A stretch of DNA of 64,000 nucleotides from Candidatus Melainabacteria bacterium 17Bon1m. Lineage in GTDB: Bacteria > Cyanobacteriota > Vampirovibrionia > Obscuribacterales > Obscuribacteraceae. Shown piece by piece: positions 1-9,493 of the stretch. Position 1 is the stretch's first letter. Each line of letters opens with the position of its first letter. Below the pieces are notes generated by a model that was given only the letters and a program-made list of their open reading frames with translations, was not told where the DNA came from and made no database searches. The stretch spans positions 1-64,000 of the forward strand of contig JAVLKG010000010.1 in assembly GCA_032128875.1 (NCBI GenBank), given 5' to 3'. The position numbers and the translations under genes are program-made.

Positions 1-140
1 AAATCGACCAACCACTCAATTTCGCGTCTATCCTCAGCCGCTGCGGCGGCTGACAGCTCTGCTGTCTGCTGCCGCAGCGGAGCCGTAGCCGTTGCAAGGC
101 TGCGGGCTAATTGACGTCCGACAGGAAATCTACAAGAATA

Positions 141-165
141 GGTAGACGCATGGCGTCGACCCTGA
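141..165 (-). repeat. REP-like palindrome (GGGTCGACGCCATGCGTC(G/T)ACC type)
   Basis: Reverse complement matches gtagggtcgacgccatgcgtcgacc at 25698-25722 and resembles 13258-13281; lies just 3' of the 183..884 gene. Confidence 0.7.
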
Positions 166-182
166 AGTCTTGCTCTTCCGTT

Positions 183-884
183 TTATCGATCCCAGATGTG
201 AATGTTCTTCTTGTCGAAGTAGACAGACAAAACCGCACCCTGGTTGTTAACCGTATACGTCATGTTTACTTTGGAAAGCCCATTGTCGATCAGGCAGCCT
301 TCCGGCGTAAGCCGAATCATCAACAGCGTTCGCAGGGGACGAGCCAGCTTATAGAAATTATTATTGCTCTCGCTCGACGAGTGACGATAACGTCTGAAAA
401 TGTTTCGCGCTACTTGCTCGCGCCCACCGACCAATGCATCGGCGAGCAATTCGAGAGCTTCCAGATCATGACGCGCCAGCCCTTTCAATTCCGAGCGCAA
501 CTGAGTGTCGCATCCAATCGCACGAGCACGCTCTGCAAGCCACAGGTGCTCATGACTGATCGGATTGAGCGGCAATCCATCGATGAAAACCCGCAAATTG
601 TGACCCGGGACCATCTGACGTTGGTAAGGAAGATAAACGGTATGCCGCTGTCCGCGCCTGTCTTTTAAGTTGGTAACTGTTACGCTGCCGTCGGGATTAA
701 GGATTACATCGGCTCCAGCTACTCTTTCATGCGCCGTTCTGGCACTGCCGTTGACGTTGGTTGAAGCTCCCAGAGCCGAATTACCGCCTGCATTCTGAAC
801 ATTCCCACCAGGCGGAGCAAAGGGATTGGGCACGGACGAGGACATCGTTCTGGGCGGAGGCCCCAGAGACCAAGCATCAGACAT
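183..884 (-). CDS. hypothetical protein (low-complexity Gly/Asn/Pro N-terminus)
   Basis: 233-aa ATG ORF divergent from lysA; protein-like composition; no recognisable family. Confidence 0.65.
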   Translation of the reverse strand: MSDAWSLGPPPRTMSSSVPNPFAPPGGNVQNAGGNSALGASTNVNGSARTAHERVAGADVILNPDGSVTVTNLKDRRGQRHTVYLPYQRQMVPGHNLRVFIDGLPLNPISHEHLWLAERARAIGCDTQLRSELKGLARHDLEALELLADALVGGREQVARNIFRRYRHSSSESNNNFYKLARPLRTLLMIRLTPEGCLIDNGLSKVNMTYTVNNQGAVLSVYFDKKNIHIWDR

Positions 885-1142
885 AATTTTGAACCCCAGG
901 TAAGAGGAAACGAGGAAGTCGAAGGGGGGTGACTTGCTTCTAGGCTAAGCCAAAATTGTTAACGACACATAAAACGCCTTTTGGAGCGTGTTTTGGTCGT
1001 TTGCGCCTTAATGCTGAGAAGGTGTGCCTTCAGGCGGGTACGAAATTAGCTTAGACTGCAATTTTGGTATTTTCTTGGCATTACCCTGCCTACCAAAATC
1101 TTTGCGACTCCATTATCTATACCTTTTGGGAAATTTTTGGAA

Positions 1143-2474
1143 ATGCCGGAATCACCGAACACATCAATCATGCCTCAGACCGCTAAAGTCGATTCCAGCG
1201 GACATTTGAACATCGGCGGCTGCGACACTGTCGAGCTAGCGAAGCGTTTTGGGACACCTCTGTGGATTATGGACGAAGAGACCATTCTCCAGGCTGGCAG
1301 GGCTCTTAAGGAGGGCTTGTCCGTTTATCCCAACGCCAGAGGTCTTTATGCCGGTAAGGCATTCTTATGCATGGCGATGTGCCATTTGGTCCGGAAAATG
1401 GGGATGGGGCTGGATGTGGTTTCCGACGGAGAGATGTACACAGCCGAGAAAGCTGGCTTTCCAAAGGATCTTATCTATGTGCATGGCAACAACAAATCAG
1501 AGCACGAGATCCGAAAGGCAATCGCAAGCAATGGTCCCAAGATAGTCATAGACAGCGTTTCTGAATTGGAGATGTGCGCGCGCATTGCTGAAGAATTGAA
1601 CGCACGTGCGAAAGTTTTGATCAGAGTGATACCAGATGTAGAACCAGATACGCACCATCACATTGTCACAGGACACGCCACAAGTAAGTTCGGAGTGCCA
1701 TTAGACGAGCTCGATGGCGTCCTCGAATTGGCAAAAGCGAAGAGCGCGCATATTGAACTTTTGGGACTGCATGCTCACATCGGCAGCCAATCGAAGGAAT
1801 TGGAGCCGTTTTTGGAAACAGTGGATATTTTGGCGAACTTATATAAAAACGCAAAAGAAAAGCACGGACTGGAATTCCCGCTCTTGGACGTTGGCGGTGG
1901 TTTGGGCATCACTTACGTCGAAGCCGACAAGCCAGCCCCAATCTATGAATGGGCACGTCAGGTCGCAGAGCAGACGCTCTCAGCCTTCAAAGCGCGAAAT
2001 CTGACACTTCCCGAACTCCTCGTGGAGCCAGGGCGCTCAGTTATTGGACCTGCCGGAACGACGATATATACAGTCGGTCACACGAAAAAATTGCCAGACG
2101 GAACCGACTACATTGCCGTAGACGGCGGCATGGCTGATAATCCAAGACCGATAACGTATGGCGCAAAATACACTCCAGCCGTCGCAAACCGCATGAACAG
2201 CGCCGCCACGAAGACTCCAGCGGCAATTGTCGGCCGCTACTGCGAATCGGGAGATATAATCGTAGAGGAGGCTTACCTATCTGCGCAAACTGGTGATCTA
2301 ATCGCCGTGTTCGCTACCGGTGCGTACAACTACAGCATGGCCTCCAATTACAATCGCACCGGACGCCCAGCGTGTGTGCTGGTCAGCGAAGGACAGGCTG
2401 AAATAATCATCGAACGGGAAAACAACGACGATTTAATCAGTAAGGACAGGGTGCCGAACCGGCTCAAAGATTAA
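1143..2474 (+). CDS. lysA: diaminopimelate decarboxylase
   Basis: PLP-binding YAGKAF, HGNNKS, SKFG, HAHIGSQ, LDVGGG, EPGRS, CESGD and GAYNYSMASNYN motifs; start could be 1137, 1143 or 1170. Confidence 0.97.
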   Translation: MPESPNTSIMPQTAKVDSSGHLNIGGCDTVELAKRFGTPLWIMDEETILQAGRALKEGLSVYPNARGLYAGKAFLCMAMCHLVRKMGMGLDVVSDGEMYTAEKAGFPKDLIYVHGNNKSEHEIRKAIASNGPKIVIDSVSELEMCARIAEELNARAKVLIRVIPDVEPDTHHHIVTGHATSKFGVPLDELDGVLELAKAKSAHIELLGLHAHIGSQSKELEPFLETVDILANLYKNAKEKHGLEFPLLDVGGGLGITYVEADKPAPIYEWARQVAEQTLSAFKARNLTLPELLVEPGRSVIGPAGTTIYTVGHTKKLPDGTDYIAVDGGMADNPRPITYGAKYTPAVANRMNSAATKTPAAIVGRYCESGDIIVEEAYLSAQTGDLIAVFATGAYNYSMASNYNRTGRPACVLVSEGQAEIIIERENNDDLISKDRVPNRLKD

Positions 2475-2520
2475 ATGAGCCAAGGCAGAAGGTAAGAGTC
2501 GAGCGAGGAGCAGGATCAAA

Positions 2521-3948
2521 ATGGATCTCGAAAGAATGCTTTCTCACCTCGACGGGGTTGTCGTAGCCAAAACCATAGTCCAGCTTTTCATAATCGTCTA
2601 CGCCGTACTTTGGGTTTGGAGCCGAATCATCGGCACACAGGCTGAAAGGCTCGTCAAAGGCGTCATTATCATCTCGCTGATTTTCTTGGCGTCGTACTTC
2701 GCCGGCTTTACCATCATTACCTCCTTGCTGCAGCATTTGATTCCGGTCGCCGCCATGGCAATGGTCGTCGTCTTCCAGCCCGAAATCCGCCGTGGACTTG
2801 GTTATCTGGGTCGCGTGAAAACCATAAGAACCGACCTTTCGCTGGCAGACAGCGAACAGGAGAAGTTGAAGCGGGATATCGAACAGATTATTGCCGCAGT
2901 GAAAGAACTCTCGCGCAGCAAAACTGGTGCCCTTATTGTTATCGAACCACCAGAGGGCGAGCGCGACTACGTCAGCCCCGGGACTCCAGTCAAAGCAGAT
3001 ATCTCCATGAATCTGCTGCTCACGATTTTCTTCCACAAGTCGCCCCTGCACGATGGCGCAGTAGTCATCCGCAACGACAAGATCGTCGCTGCTGGTGTGA
3101 TTCTTCCGATGACTTCAAATCCTAAACTCAGCTACAGATATGGAACCCGCCACCGTGCAGCCATTGGTCTTTCCGAAATCTACGACGGGCTGTGCATTGT
3201 TGTTTCTGAGGAAACAGGCTCAATCTCGGCAGCCAGCCGTGGCATGTTGGTGCGTTATCAAAATGCCGATGAGCTGGCAGACCCAATCGAATACCTGTAT
3301 CACACACCCGAGCAAAGCGACAAAGCCACCACTCCCTGGCAGTCGTTCCTCAATATGTTCAAGAAAGGCCACGAGCCGACGCCTTCCGCGCAAGACCTTT
3401 CCGAGATCCACCACTTCACTGATTCCATGTCTAAAATCCCAGACAGCATGGTGAAACCTGGGAGCGCTGGCGGCTCGTCGACTTCGATGCCCGGGAGCGC
3501 CGGCGGCTCGCCGGCTTCGATGTCTGGGAGCGCCGGCGGCTCGCCGGCTTCGATGCCTGGGAGCGCCGGCGGCTCGCCGGCTTCGCATATGGGGTACGTC
3601 GGCGGAACGTCGTCGCATGAATCTGGGAGCGCCACAGGAAACAGCGGACAGAGCGCCGGCATCCTGCCAGCATCTAAAGAAGATTCAGATAGTAAGTCAT
3701 CCCAAAAGCAAGTAGAAACCGCTGATGATATCGCCGAATACAAAGAAGAATCTCGCAGTCTTCCAGAACCGCATGTTTTGGGCGAAGTCCAAGCGTCTCG
3801 CAAAACAGCAAATGATGTAGACACGTTACCACCGGCCAATGAAGTTAAGCCGCGCACCAGCTTTGGTGGCAAAGAAAAACGCAAAGACAGACGCACTAAC
3901 GATCTACCTTCGCCAATGTCCTTTGAAGAACCAGAAGGCGTGCATTAG
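2521..3948 (+). CDS. cdaA: diadenylate cyclase CdaA/DacA with long low-complexity C-terminal extension
   Basis: Three N-terminal TM helices, FQPEIRR, catalytic LHDGA and GTRHRAA motifs, VVSEETG; GGAG/AGGA RBS; follows lysA. Confidence 0.95.
   Translation: MDLERMLSHLDGVVVAKTIVQLFIIVYAVLWVWSRIIGTQAERLVKGVIIISLIFLASYFAGFTIITSLLQHLIPVAAMAMVVVFQPEIRRGLGYLGRVKTIRTDLSLADSEQEKLKRDIEQIIAAVKELSRSKTGALIVIEPPEGERDYVSPGTPVKADISMNLLLTIFFHKSPLHDGAVVIRNDKIVAAGVILPMTSNPKLSYRYGTRHRAAIGLSEIYDGLCIVVSEETGSISAASRGMLVRYQNADELADPIEYLYHTPEQSDKATTPWQSFLNMFKKGHEPTPSAQDLSEIHHFTDSMSKIPDSMVKPGSAGGSSTSMPGSAGGSPASMSGSAGGSPASMPGSAGGSPASHMGYVGGTSSHESGSATGNSGQSAGILPASKEDSDSKSSQKQVETADDIAEYKEESRSLPEPHVLGEVQASRKTANDVDTLPPANEVKPRTSFGGKEKRKDRRTNDLPSPMSFEEPEGVH
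3460..3671 (+). repeat. in-frame 33-bp tandem repeat built on palindrome GGGAGCGCCGGCGGCTCGCCGGC
   Basis: Units start at 3460, 3493, 3526 and 3559, with degenerate ones at 3592 and 3625; encode GSAGGSPASMP; same core occurs at 16235, 16841 (rc) and 26610 (rc). Confidence 0.9.
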
Positions 3949-3956
3949 GTTTCGCT

Positions 3957-5225
3957 ATGATTGCCAGCAAATTAATATTTGCGGTCTTTCTTGCCACTGC
4001 TATTGCCTTATGCACTGTTTCAAGATCAGATGCTGACACTAATTATGACCTCATCGACGATTGGCCTCAGTTTCTCCAAAGCAGCTATTCATCGCTAAGG
4101 ACGCCACCGTGGCGCGAGTCGTTGCAGGCGTTATTACCTTACGTTTCTGCTCCAGAGATTATAGGCGTGTACGACATTGAAACAATAGGGCTTCTTTGGA
4201 TTTCAACACTACAGCAAAATCAAGTTAACGAACAGCACAATTGCAAACAAGATCCAAATCTCAGGTCAGCCGAAGTTCCAAACCATTTGAACATCTATCG
4301 AATTTTGTCGTGGAAAAATGGAAACTCAGACCGTGCCTCAGCTTCACAAAACAAAGCAACGCAGAAGATCAACGATGAAATAGAAAAAAAACTCTATGAT
4401 AAAGCCGTTTCTTTAGTTCGTTGCTACAGCCAATATTACACACCGATCAAACAAAAAGGAGCATTCGTCGCAAGAGACGATTCAGCTCGCAAAGATCTTG
4501 TTGCTCTAGCTGGAGAACAAGCGGTACAAGCCATGGACGACGACTACATAAATGGTACAGAAAAATTACTGCAACTTTCCGGCAATCAAATTCTAGACTT
4601 CAGAATACAAGAACTCAACAGCATGTCATTCGAGGTTAGCGACGAGCAAATTCAAAAAGAACTTGCAGCTAAGCTGAAAACAGCAAATACATCCGACGTC
4701 ATAGCGATTAAAGAACTTTGGAAAGAGTTATTATCCAGAAACGCCGACTTAGTTGATGCGTTCAGGAAATTTAGAACCAAGTTTCCAAACTGCGCAGATT
4801 CCGATAGTTTCAACATAGCGATGCACTTAAGAAAAGAAGCTATAACATGGGCGGAAAATTCGCCTCCTGTAAGATCACCCGGTTTTGGACCCTTGTTAGG
4901 AGATGGTCCAGCTTGGTTTCGTACCTATGAAGCTCGCGTGAATCAATGGATGAAAAACCTTCAAATCAGAACAGAGGAGTTTGGATACTATGACATCGTC
5001 GACAAAATCCAAAAGCTTATCAATGCATATTTAACGATGAAACTGACGTATGAAGAACTAACTATTCCTTCCAAGGTTGCCCGCCAATCACCTGCACCAA
5101 TATTAAAAGAATTCAGAATTGAATTCTTTCAAAGAGCTAAGCGAGACATGTCCAGATTGGTCGGAGAAGAGGCTGCTTCCAACCTAGAAATATTTTGGAA
5201 ATCAGACCAGAAGCACCGTGACTAA
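3957..5225 (+). CDS. hypothetical exported protein
   Basis: 422-aa ORF with N-terminal signal-peptide-like hydrophobic stretch; visibly more AT-rich than neighbours; no family recognised. Confidence 0.75.
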   Translation: MIASKLIFAVFLATAIALCTVSRSDADTNYDLIDDWPQFLQSSYSSLRTPPWRESLQALLPYVSAPEIIGVYDIETIGLLWISTLQQNQVNEQHNCKQDPNLRSAEVPNHLNIYRILSWKNGNSDRASASQNKATQKINDEIEKKLYDKAVSLVRCYSQYYTPIKQKGAFVARDDSARKDLVALAGEQAVQAMDDDYINGTEKLLQLSGNQILDFRIQELNSMSFEVSDEQIQKELAAKLKTANTSDVIAIKELWKELLSRNADLVDAFRKFRTKFPNCADSDSFNIAMHLRKEAITWAENSPPVRSPGFGPLLGDGPAWFRTYEARVNQWMKNLQIRTEEFGYYDIVDKIQKLINAYLTMKLTYEELTIPSKVARQSPAPILKEFRIEFFQRAKRDMSRLVGEEAASNLEIFWKSDQKHRD

Positions 5226-5992
5226 ACCCAAGGATGACGCTCTTTCATACGCGCCCATAATGTGACGAGGTTTCTTCGTGCCATTGAAGTAACGGAGTTG
5301 CCGTGCACGCGGTATCTGCAAAGCAGCTCGGGGACAAAAATGGCACTGCGTCCAGTTTCTGCGATCTTGCACCAGAAGTCATAGTCTTCCCAACCGTTGA
5401 AGACAGACTCCCAGCCACCCACATACTCCCATGCTTCTTTCTTATAGAGCGCCATTCCATCGATGTAATTGCCGCCCTTGAAGTACTCCGGGTTCCAGAA
5501 ATCAGCGTCTCCGACACCAGCCTTATCGCCGAACTTCTCTAGTTGAGAATAGGCTGCGATGAAGTCACCTTGCATGAGCGCATAGTGCAGACGTTTGATT
5601 GCACGCGGATAAAGCAAATTATCGGCATCCACGAGCATCACGAGTTCACTGCGGGCTTTATCAAAAGCACCATTCTTAGAAGCAGCCGCACCGCTGTTCT
5701 TCTCATTCTTCCAGAGTGATACTCGACTAAAGCGTGAGTGGTTTTCCTCCATCCATTTATGCGCAATCGCCAGTGAATCATCCGGTGAACAGTCGTCTAC
5801 AACGACTATCTCAAGCTGCTCGTAAGTCTGGTCTTTAATGGACTCAAGACATTCGCCTAAATAACTCCCATATTTGTACACGGTCACAGCGACAGTGACT
5901 GTATCGGGACTTACATCAGAGTTTATAACTTCAAAAACACTTTCTGCCTTTGGTGTCGGCATTGGTTTGACAGTCAGATTTTCAGACATCAA
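5222..5992 (-). CDS. glycosyltransferase family 2
   Basis: VTVYKY...ECLESI, VVDDCSPD, LVDADN (DxD), WEDYDFW and YRVH motifs. Confidence 0.92.
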   Translation of the reverse strand: MMSENLTVKPMPTPKAESVFEVINSDVSPDTVTVAVTVYKYGSYLGECLESIKDQTYEQLEIVVVDDCSPDDSLAIAHKWMEENHSRFSRVSLWKNEKNSGAAASKNGAFDKARSELVMLVDADNLLYPRAIKRLHYALMQGDFIAAYSQLEKFGDKAGVGDADFWNPEYFKGGNYIDGMALYKKEAWEYVGGWESVFNGWEDYDFWCKIAETGRSAIFVPELLCRYRVHGNSVTSMARRNLVTLWARMKERHPWV

Positions 5993-7377
5993 ACACCACC
6001 ATTATGCTTTTGCGCGTTCAACTGAGCCAAAAACTGCACCAATTGAAGGCTTGTATTGCGCATCTCAAACTGACTCTGCAAAAGGTTGAACGCATTGCTA
6101 CGGATGCGCTCAGCTTCTTTCATCCCCTCTGGCGTCTCGAGAATCCACCTAATTCTATCGCCCATGCCCTCACGGGTTTCTTCAATATAGTGCGTTCCTG
6201 CATGCAACAACGGATGAGGTAAGCAGGGTTCGGAAATTACAACAGCATTGCTATCCATTGCCAAACGCACTATTCGATGCCACTCAAAATATTTGTTATC
6301 GTCACGATGCACATTCAACGCGATTTTAGAGTGTCGCGAAATATGACGGCTAAGCCTGTTCAGGCTCTGCTCCGCCCTCGTATCTTGGACAGCCCCTCGC
6401 AGTTCATCCCTGCGGTAATATAAGAAAGTTTGATATTTCGAAAACAGTGCCGCATTCTCCGCGAGAAAGCTCTCACGCCTGGGACTGCTAGTGGAGAAAA
6501 ACGAAACATCAATGCAACGCTCGCTCAAAGGCGCGAAGATATCGCCAATTTCGCGCGCAGCCTGTGGAAGAGGTAGAAGGAATGGGTGTCGCGCGTCATC
6601 AGGAAGCAGGCATGATTCGCCAGGTTTCGAAGCAAAAGTAAGATGCATCGATGGAATGCCGCATTGCTTTAGCAGGAAAGCAGATTGGAAAGATAGATCG
6701 ATAACCCCTTTTGCCATCAAGATAAACGGCATGCCACGCAAGAACCACTCTGTTTGAATCTGCTCAACGTTGAAAATGATCGCGCGCTTCAAAATATCAT
6801 CACGAATCCATTCGGGCCCCTTGCCTATGATGAAGAACTCATGCGGGGCCACAAAGATCGGGATTGCAGGGCATTCAGAAATCGGCGACTTTTCCGTGAG
6901 GAGAGAGCAATTGACGCCAGTGTTTTCAAAAGCTGCATAAAGCTCGTGCGCAAATTCTTTTAAAAGGCGGCTGCCTTGCGAGTGCGCAAAGATACCTACG
7001 GCGGGCAGTTCTTGTGCAAATTTATGGATAGCGGTAGTTGCACTTTCGGCGGATAAGACATCTGGTGCCAGCAAACTAAGATCATCCGTTGGACTCTGAA
7101 TTTTGCTAAGGAAATCAGCCACGCGAGCCCTGGAAAAGGTTTCCTTTCGTCCTTCAAAACAACCATATCGGATCAGATGCTCTGTCGGTTTCAATGCATT
7201 AGCAGCAACGTCAGGATGTCTACTGACGTACAGCTTTTCATCATACGGCGCAAACTTCTTGAGACGCTCTTCGGCTTTACGTACCATGTCATCCGAGACG
7301 CAGTTCGGCAAGAAATCGCAGTTGTAGACTGCACGCTCTTCCTCTCTCTGTATCGGAATAGAGTGACCGCTTAGCAT
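5989..7377 (-). CDS. putative glycosyltransferase (GT-B, Glyco_trans_1_2-like C-terminus)
   Basis: C-terminal SKIALNVH...FEWHRI...VISE motif; N-terminal YxxRHPDVA...HLIRYGxxEGR motif seen in polysaccharide-locus proteins; overlaps the GT2 gene. Confidence 0.7.
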   Translation of the reverse strand: MLSGHSIPIQREEERAVYNCDFLPNCVSDDMVRKAEERLKKFAPYDEKLYVSRHPDVAANALKPTEHLIRYGCFEGRKETFSRARVADFLSKIQSPTDDLSLLAPDVLSAESATTAIHKFAQELPAVGIFAHSQGSRLLKEFAHELYAAFENTGVNCSLLTEKSPISECPAIPIFVAPHEFFIIGKGPEWIRDDILKRAIIFNVEQIQTEWFLRGMPFILMAKGVIDLSFQSAFLLKQCGIPSMHLTFASKPGESCLLPDDARHPFLLPLPQAAREIGDIFAPLSERCIDVSFFSTSSPRRESFLAENAALFSKYQTFLYYRRDELRGAVQDTRAEQSLNRLSRHISRHSKIALNVHRDDNKYFEWHRIVRLAMDSNAVVISEPCLPHPLLHAGTHYIEETREGMGDRIRWILETPEGMKEAERIRSNAFNLLQSQFEMRNTSLQLVQFLAQLNAQKHNGGV

Positions 7378-7380
7378 TGC

Positions 7381-8685
7381 CTATTTCTGTCTCCTGCGCG
7401 ACACGCGAAAACGCAGCGGCTCTGTCACTTTCCATGATTGGCTTGTCTTCACCTTGGAAATCATCCCGCGCAAGTGATAGATGTAGAGTTCTTGTTGGTG
7501 AGCAACATCCACGCCTGACACTTCGACAAAGTCTTCTTCCGATTCGGGAATGGTTTGTCCATAGACCATCTTTTTAAAATCGCGCAACGGCTTTGTCATG
7601 CGCCACGAATGACTACCCAGAAGTGTGCGCAGCTCATTCTCTAATTTGTCGATTTTTCTGCCGTTGGTGTGGCGAGCTTCCGTCTGTTTAACCGCCTCCT
7701 TCTGACCAGCCGCGTGGCTCATCAAACGCAAGCAGTGAAATGAGAGTTCGCGAAATGTCTCTAATTGATCGTAAAGTGCCTCGATTTCTTCCTTTGTGTC
7801 CGCCTGAACCATCGCCTCTTTCTGCTGCTCACCGGCTAGCCTTAGGCGGTACTGGTCAAGCAATCCTTTCTCTATCGAATGAACTGTTTGGAGTGAAAGA
7901 TCAGCAAGGTTTTTTTCGAAAAACTCTTCTTCCTTGCGCGCGCAAAGTTCGAACATCCACTGATGCTTCCTAGCAATAGTAATTACGTCAGCTGCGGCCG
8001 CCATAGAATTCACGTTTGAGCTCGTTGTACTTGCGTCATGTCGTCGGAAGTAGCAATACGGCTTGCTGCTCAAATACAAATGCCCTGCGGTCGAGATGCG
8101 AATCCAATACTCAATGTCGCCTACTTGCAGGAGATCGACACAAAAGCCTTTGCCTTGAACTTTACGTCTGAACATCACCGTACTGGGCTCACCGATGCAG
8201 TTCGTGACAGGGAAAAGACACTGGGCTGCGACCTCGTGCGCCGTAAGCGGAAGGTCCATTGGCAGGCGGTCTCGATAATCCGCAGAGGAATCAACAACAT
8301 CACCACATTCATCGATGACAACGCGCTGAAGACTTACGATACTGACTTCTGAGCGCTCATTGAGAACACAAACGCATTCGGACAACGCCTCTCTATGAAG
8401 AAGATCGTCCTGTGCAAAAGGTTTTACAAACTCACCCTCAGCCAACTTAAAGCAAGAGTTGTAGTTAGCGAACAGCCCCTTGCTTGTCTTATTGAAGTGA
8501 TATTTAATTCGCGAATCTTTAGCGGCGTAACTTTCGATAATTTGCCTGGTGCCGTCAGATGAGGCATCATCGACAATAATTAGCTCAAAGTCACGAAAAG
8601 ACTGCGCAAGGACGCTGTCCAGCGCTGCGGCGAGAAACCTCTCGCCGTTATAGGTTGGCAAACAAATTGATACCCTGGAAGCCAA
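7381..8685 (-). CDS. glycosyltransferase family 2 with coiled-coil C-terminus
   Basis: VSICLPTYNGERFL, IVDDASSDGT, AQDD and IGEPSTV motifs; two SW(R/K)xTxPLR motifs at the C-terminus; TTG start. Confidence 0.92.
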   Translation of the reverse strand: MASRVSICLPTYNGERFLAAALDSVLAQSFRDFELIIVDDASSDGTRQIIESYAAKDSRIKYHFNKTSKGLFANYNSCFKLAEGEFVKPFAQDDLLHREALSECVCVLNERSEVSIVSLQRVVIDECGDVVDSSADYRDRLPMDLPLTAHEVAAQCLFPVTNCIGEPSTVMFRRKVQGKGFCVDLLQVGDIEYWIRISTAGHLYLSSKPYCYFRRHDASTTSSNVNSMAAAADVITIARKHQWMFELCARKEEEFFEKNLADLSLQTVHSIEKGLLDQYRLRLAGEQQKEAMVQADTKEEIEALYDQLETFRELSFHCLRLMSHAAGQKEAVKQTEARHTNGRKIDKLENELRTLLGSHSWRMTKPLRDFKKMVYGQTIPESEEDFVEVSGVDVAHQQELYIYHLRGMISKVKTSQSWKVTEPLRFRVSRRRQK

Positions 8686-8775
8686 AACACTTGCCCATTA
8701 GCGCCAGTGCCATTATAAGATTGCCAAGGACCAATCTCATTAAGCGCAAATCATTATGATAAATGGCTAAAACGC

Positions 8776-9396
8776 TTAGATGAAGCGGTTTTTCCTTAGT
8801 TCTGCGTCGTGGGCGGTTGCAGTCTCGATAGTAGCGAAATTAGGTTCCTGCCCTAAAACTACCTGGCAGTAAGCTTCGTACATTTGAAACGCAGCTACAG
8901 CGGGGGGAAATTTAGCACCCCCAGTGCCCATTCCCACAAAAACGACAGATTCGATTTTGGTGCCACCGTTCTCATTCGCCTCGCGAATATGCGCAGCAAT
9001 CGCACGCAAAGCAGCTCTGGTAGCCAAATATGTGTTGCAGTTAGTGTTGGTTTGACGAATCGGCACGCGCACCGTTGGCGCCACCACTACAAATTGCGGC
9101 TTGTCCATACCGGATTTGATAATTTCCGCTTGACCCACAGGCAATTCACCTGCGTGCTTGTCTTGAATCATCTTGCGGATGCGGTTTTCCAGCTTTCCTT
9201 GACTAACCTTATTGAGGCAATCTCCAAGTCCGCCTTCGAGAATGCCAAAACTGTTGGAAGGAGTCACTATGGCTGTCGTATCCAATTCCATTACGTCGCC
9301 TTCGCTAATTTCAACGCGCCCACCGCGACTGAAAAACTGCTGCCAGGCTTTCACAACGTCTGGATTCAAATCTCGCAAATGAAATGTAAGCGCCAT
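8776..9396 (-). CDS. macrodomain (Appr-1-p processing family) protein
   Basis: EGD...AIVTPSNSFG...GGL, GELPVGQA, APTVRVP and GMGTG motifs; AAGGGG RBS. Confidence 0.85.
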   Translation of the reverse strand: MALTFHLRDLNPDVVKAWQQFFSRGGRVEISEGDVMELDTTAIVTPSNSFGILEGGLGDCLNKVSQGKLENRIRKMIQDKHAGELPVGQAEIIKSGMDKPQFVVVAPTVRVPIRQTNTNCNTYLATRAALRAIAAHIREANENGGTKIESVVFVGMGTGGAKFPPAVAAFQMYEAYCQVVLGQEPNFATIETATAHDAELRKNRFI

Positions 9397-9431
9397 TTAT
9401 GACCCCTTTCAGCTACTGGTGCGCGCAACTC

Positions 9432-9486
9432 TTATACGCTGCTCTGATACGCCTAATGTGATACGACTGCTCTGACACGACTGCAT
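9432..9486. repeat. four degenerate 13-14 bp direct repeats (TGATACGACTGCTC consensus)
   Basis: ttatacgctgctc / tgatacgcctaatg / tgatacgactgctc / tgacacgactgcat between the tubulin-like and macrodomain genes. Confidence 0.6.
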
Positions 9487-9493
9487 GCAATTT

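Noticed and set aside
1-182. Open minus-strand frame (ATATAPLRQQTAELSAAAAAEDRREIEWLVRF) running off the window start
   Set aside because: It looks protein-like but I found no convincing start codon or RBS; it cannot be supported from this window.
900-1136. Possible lysine riboswitch upstream of lysA
   Set aside because: Some hairpins exist, but the conserved L-box sequence elements and a terminator were not recognisable.
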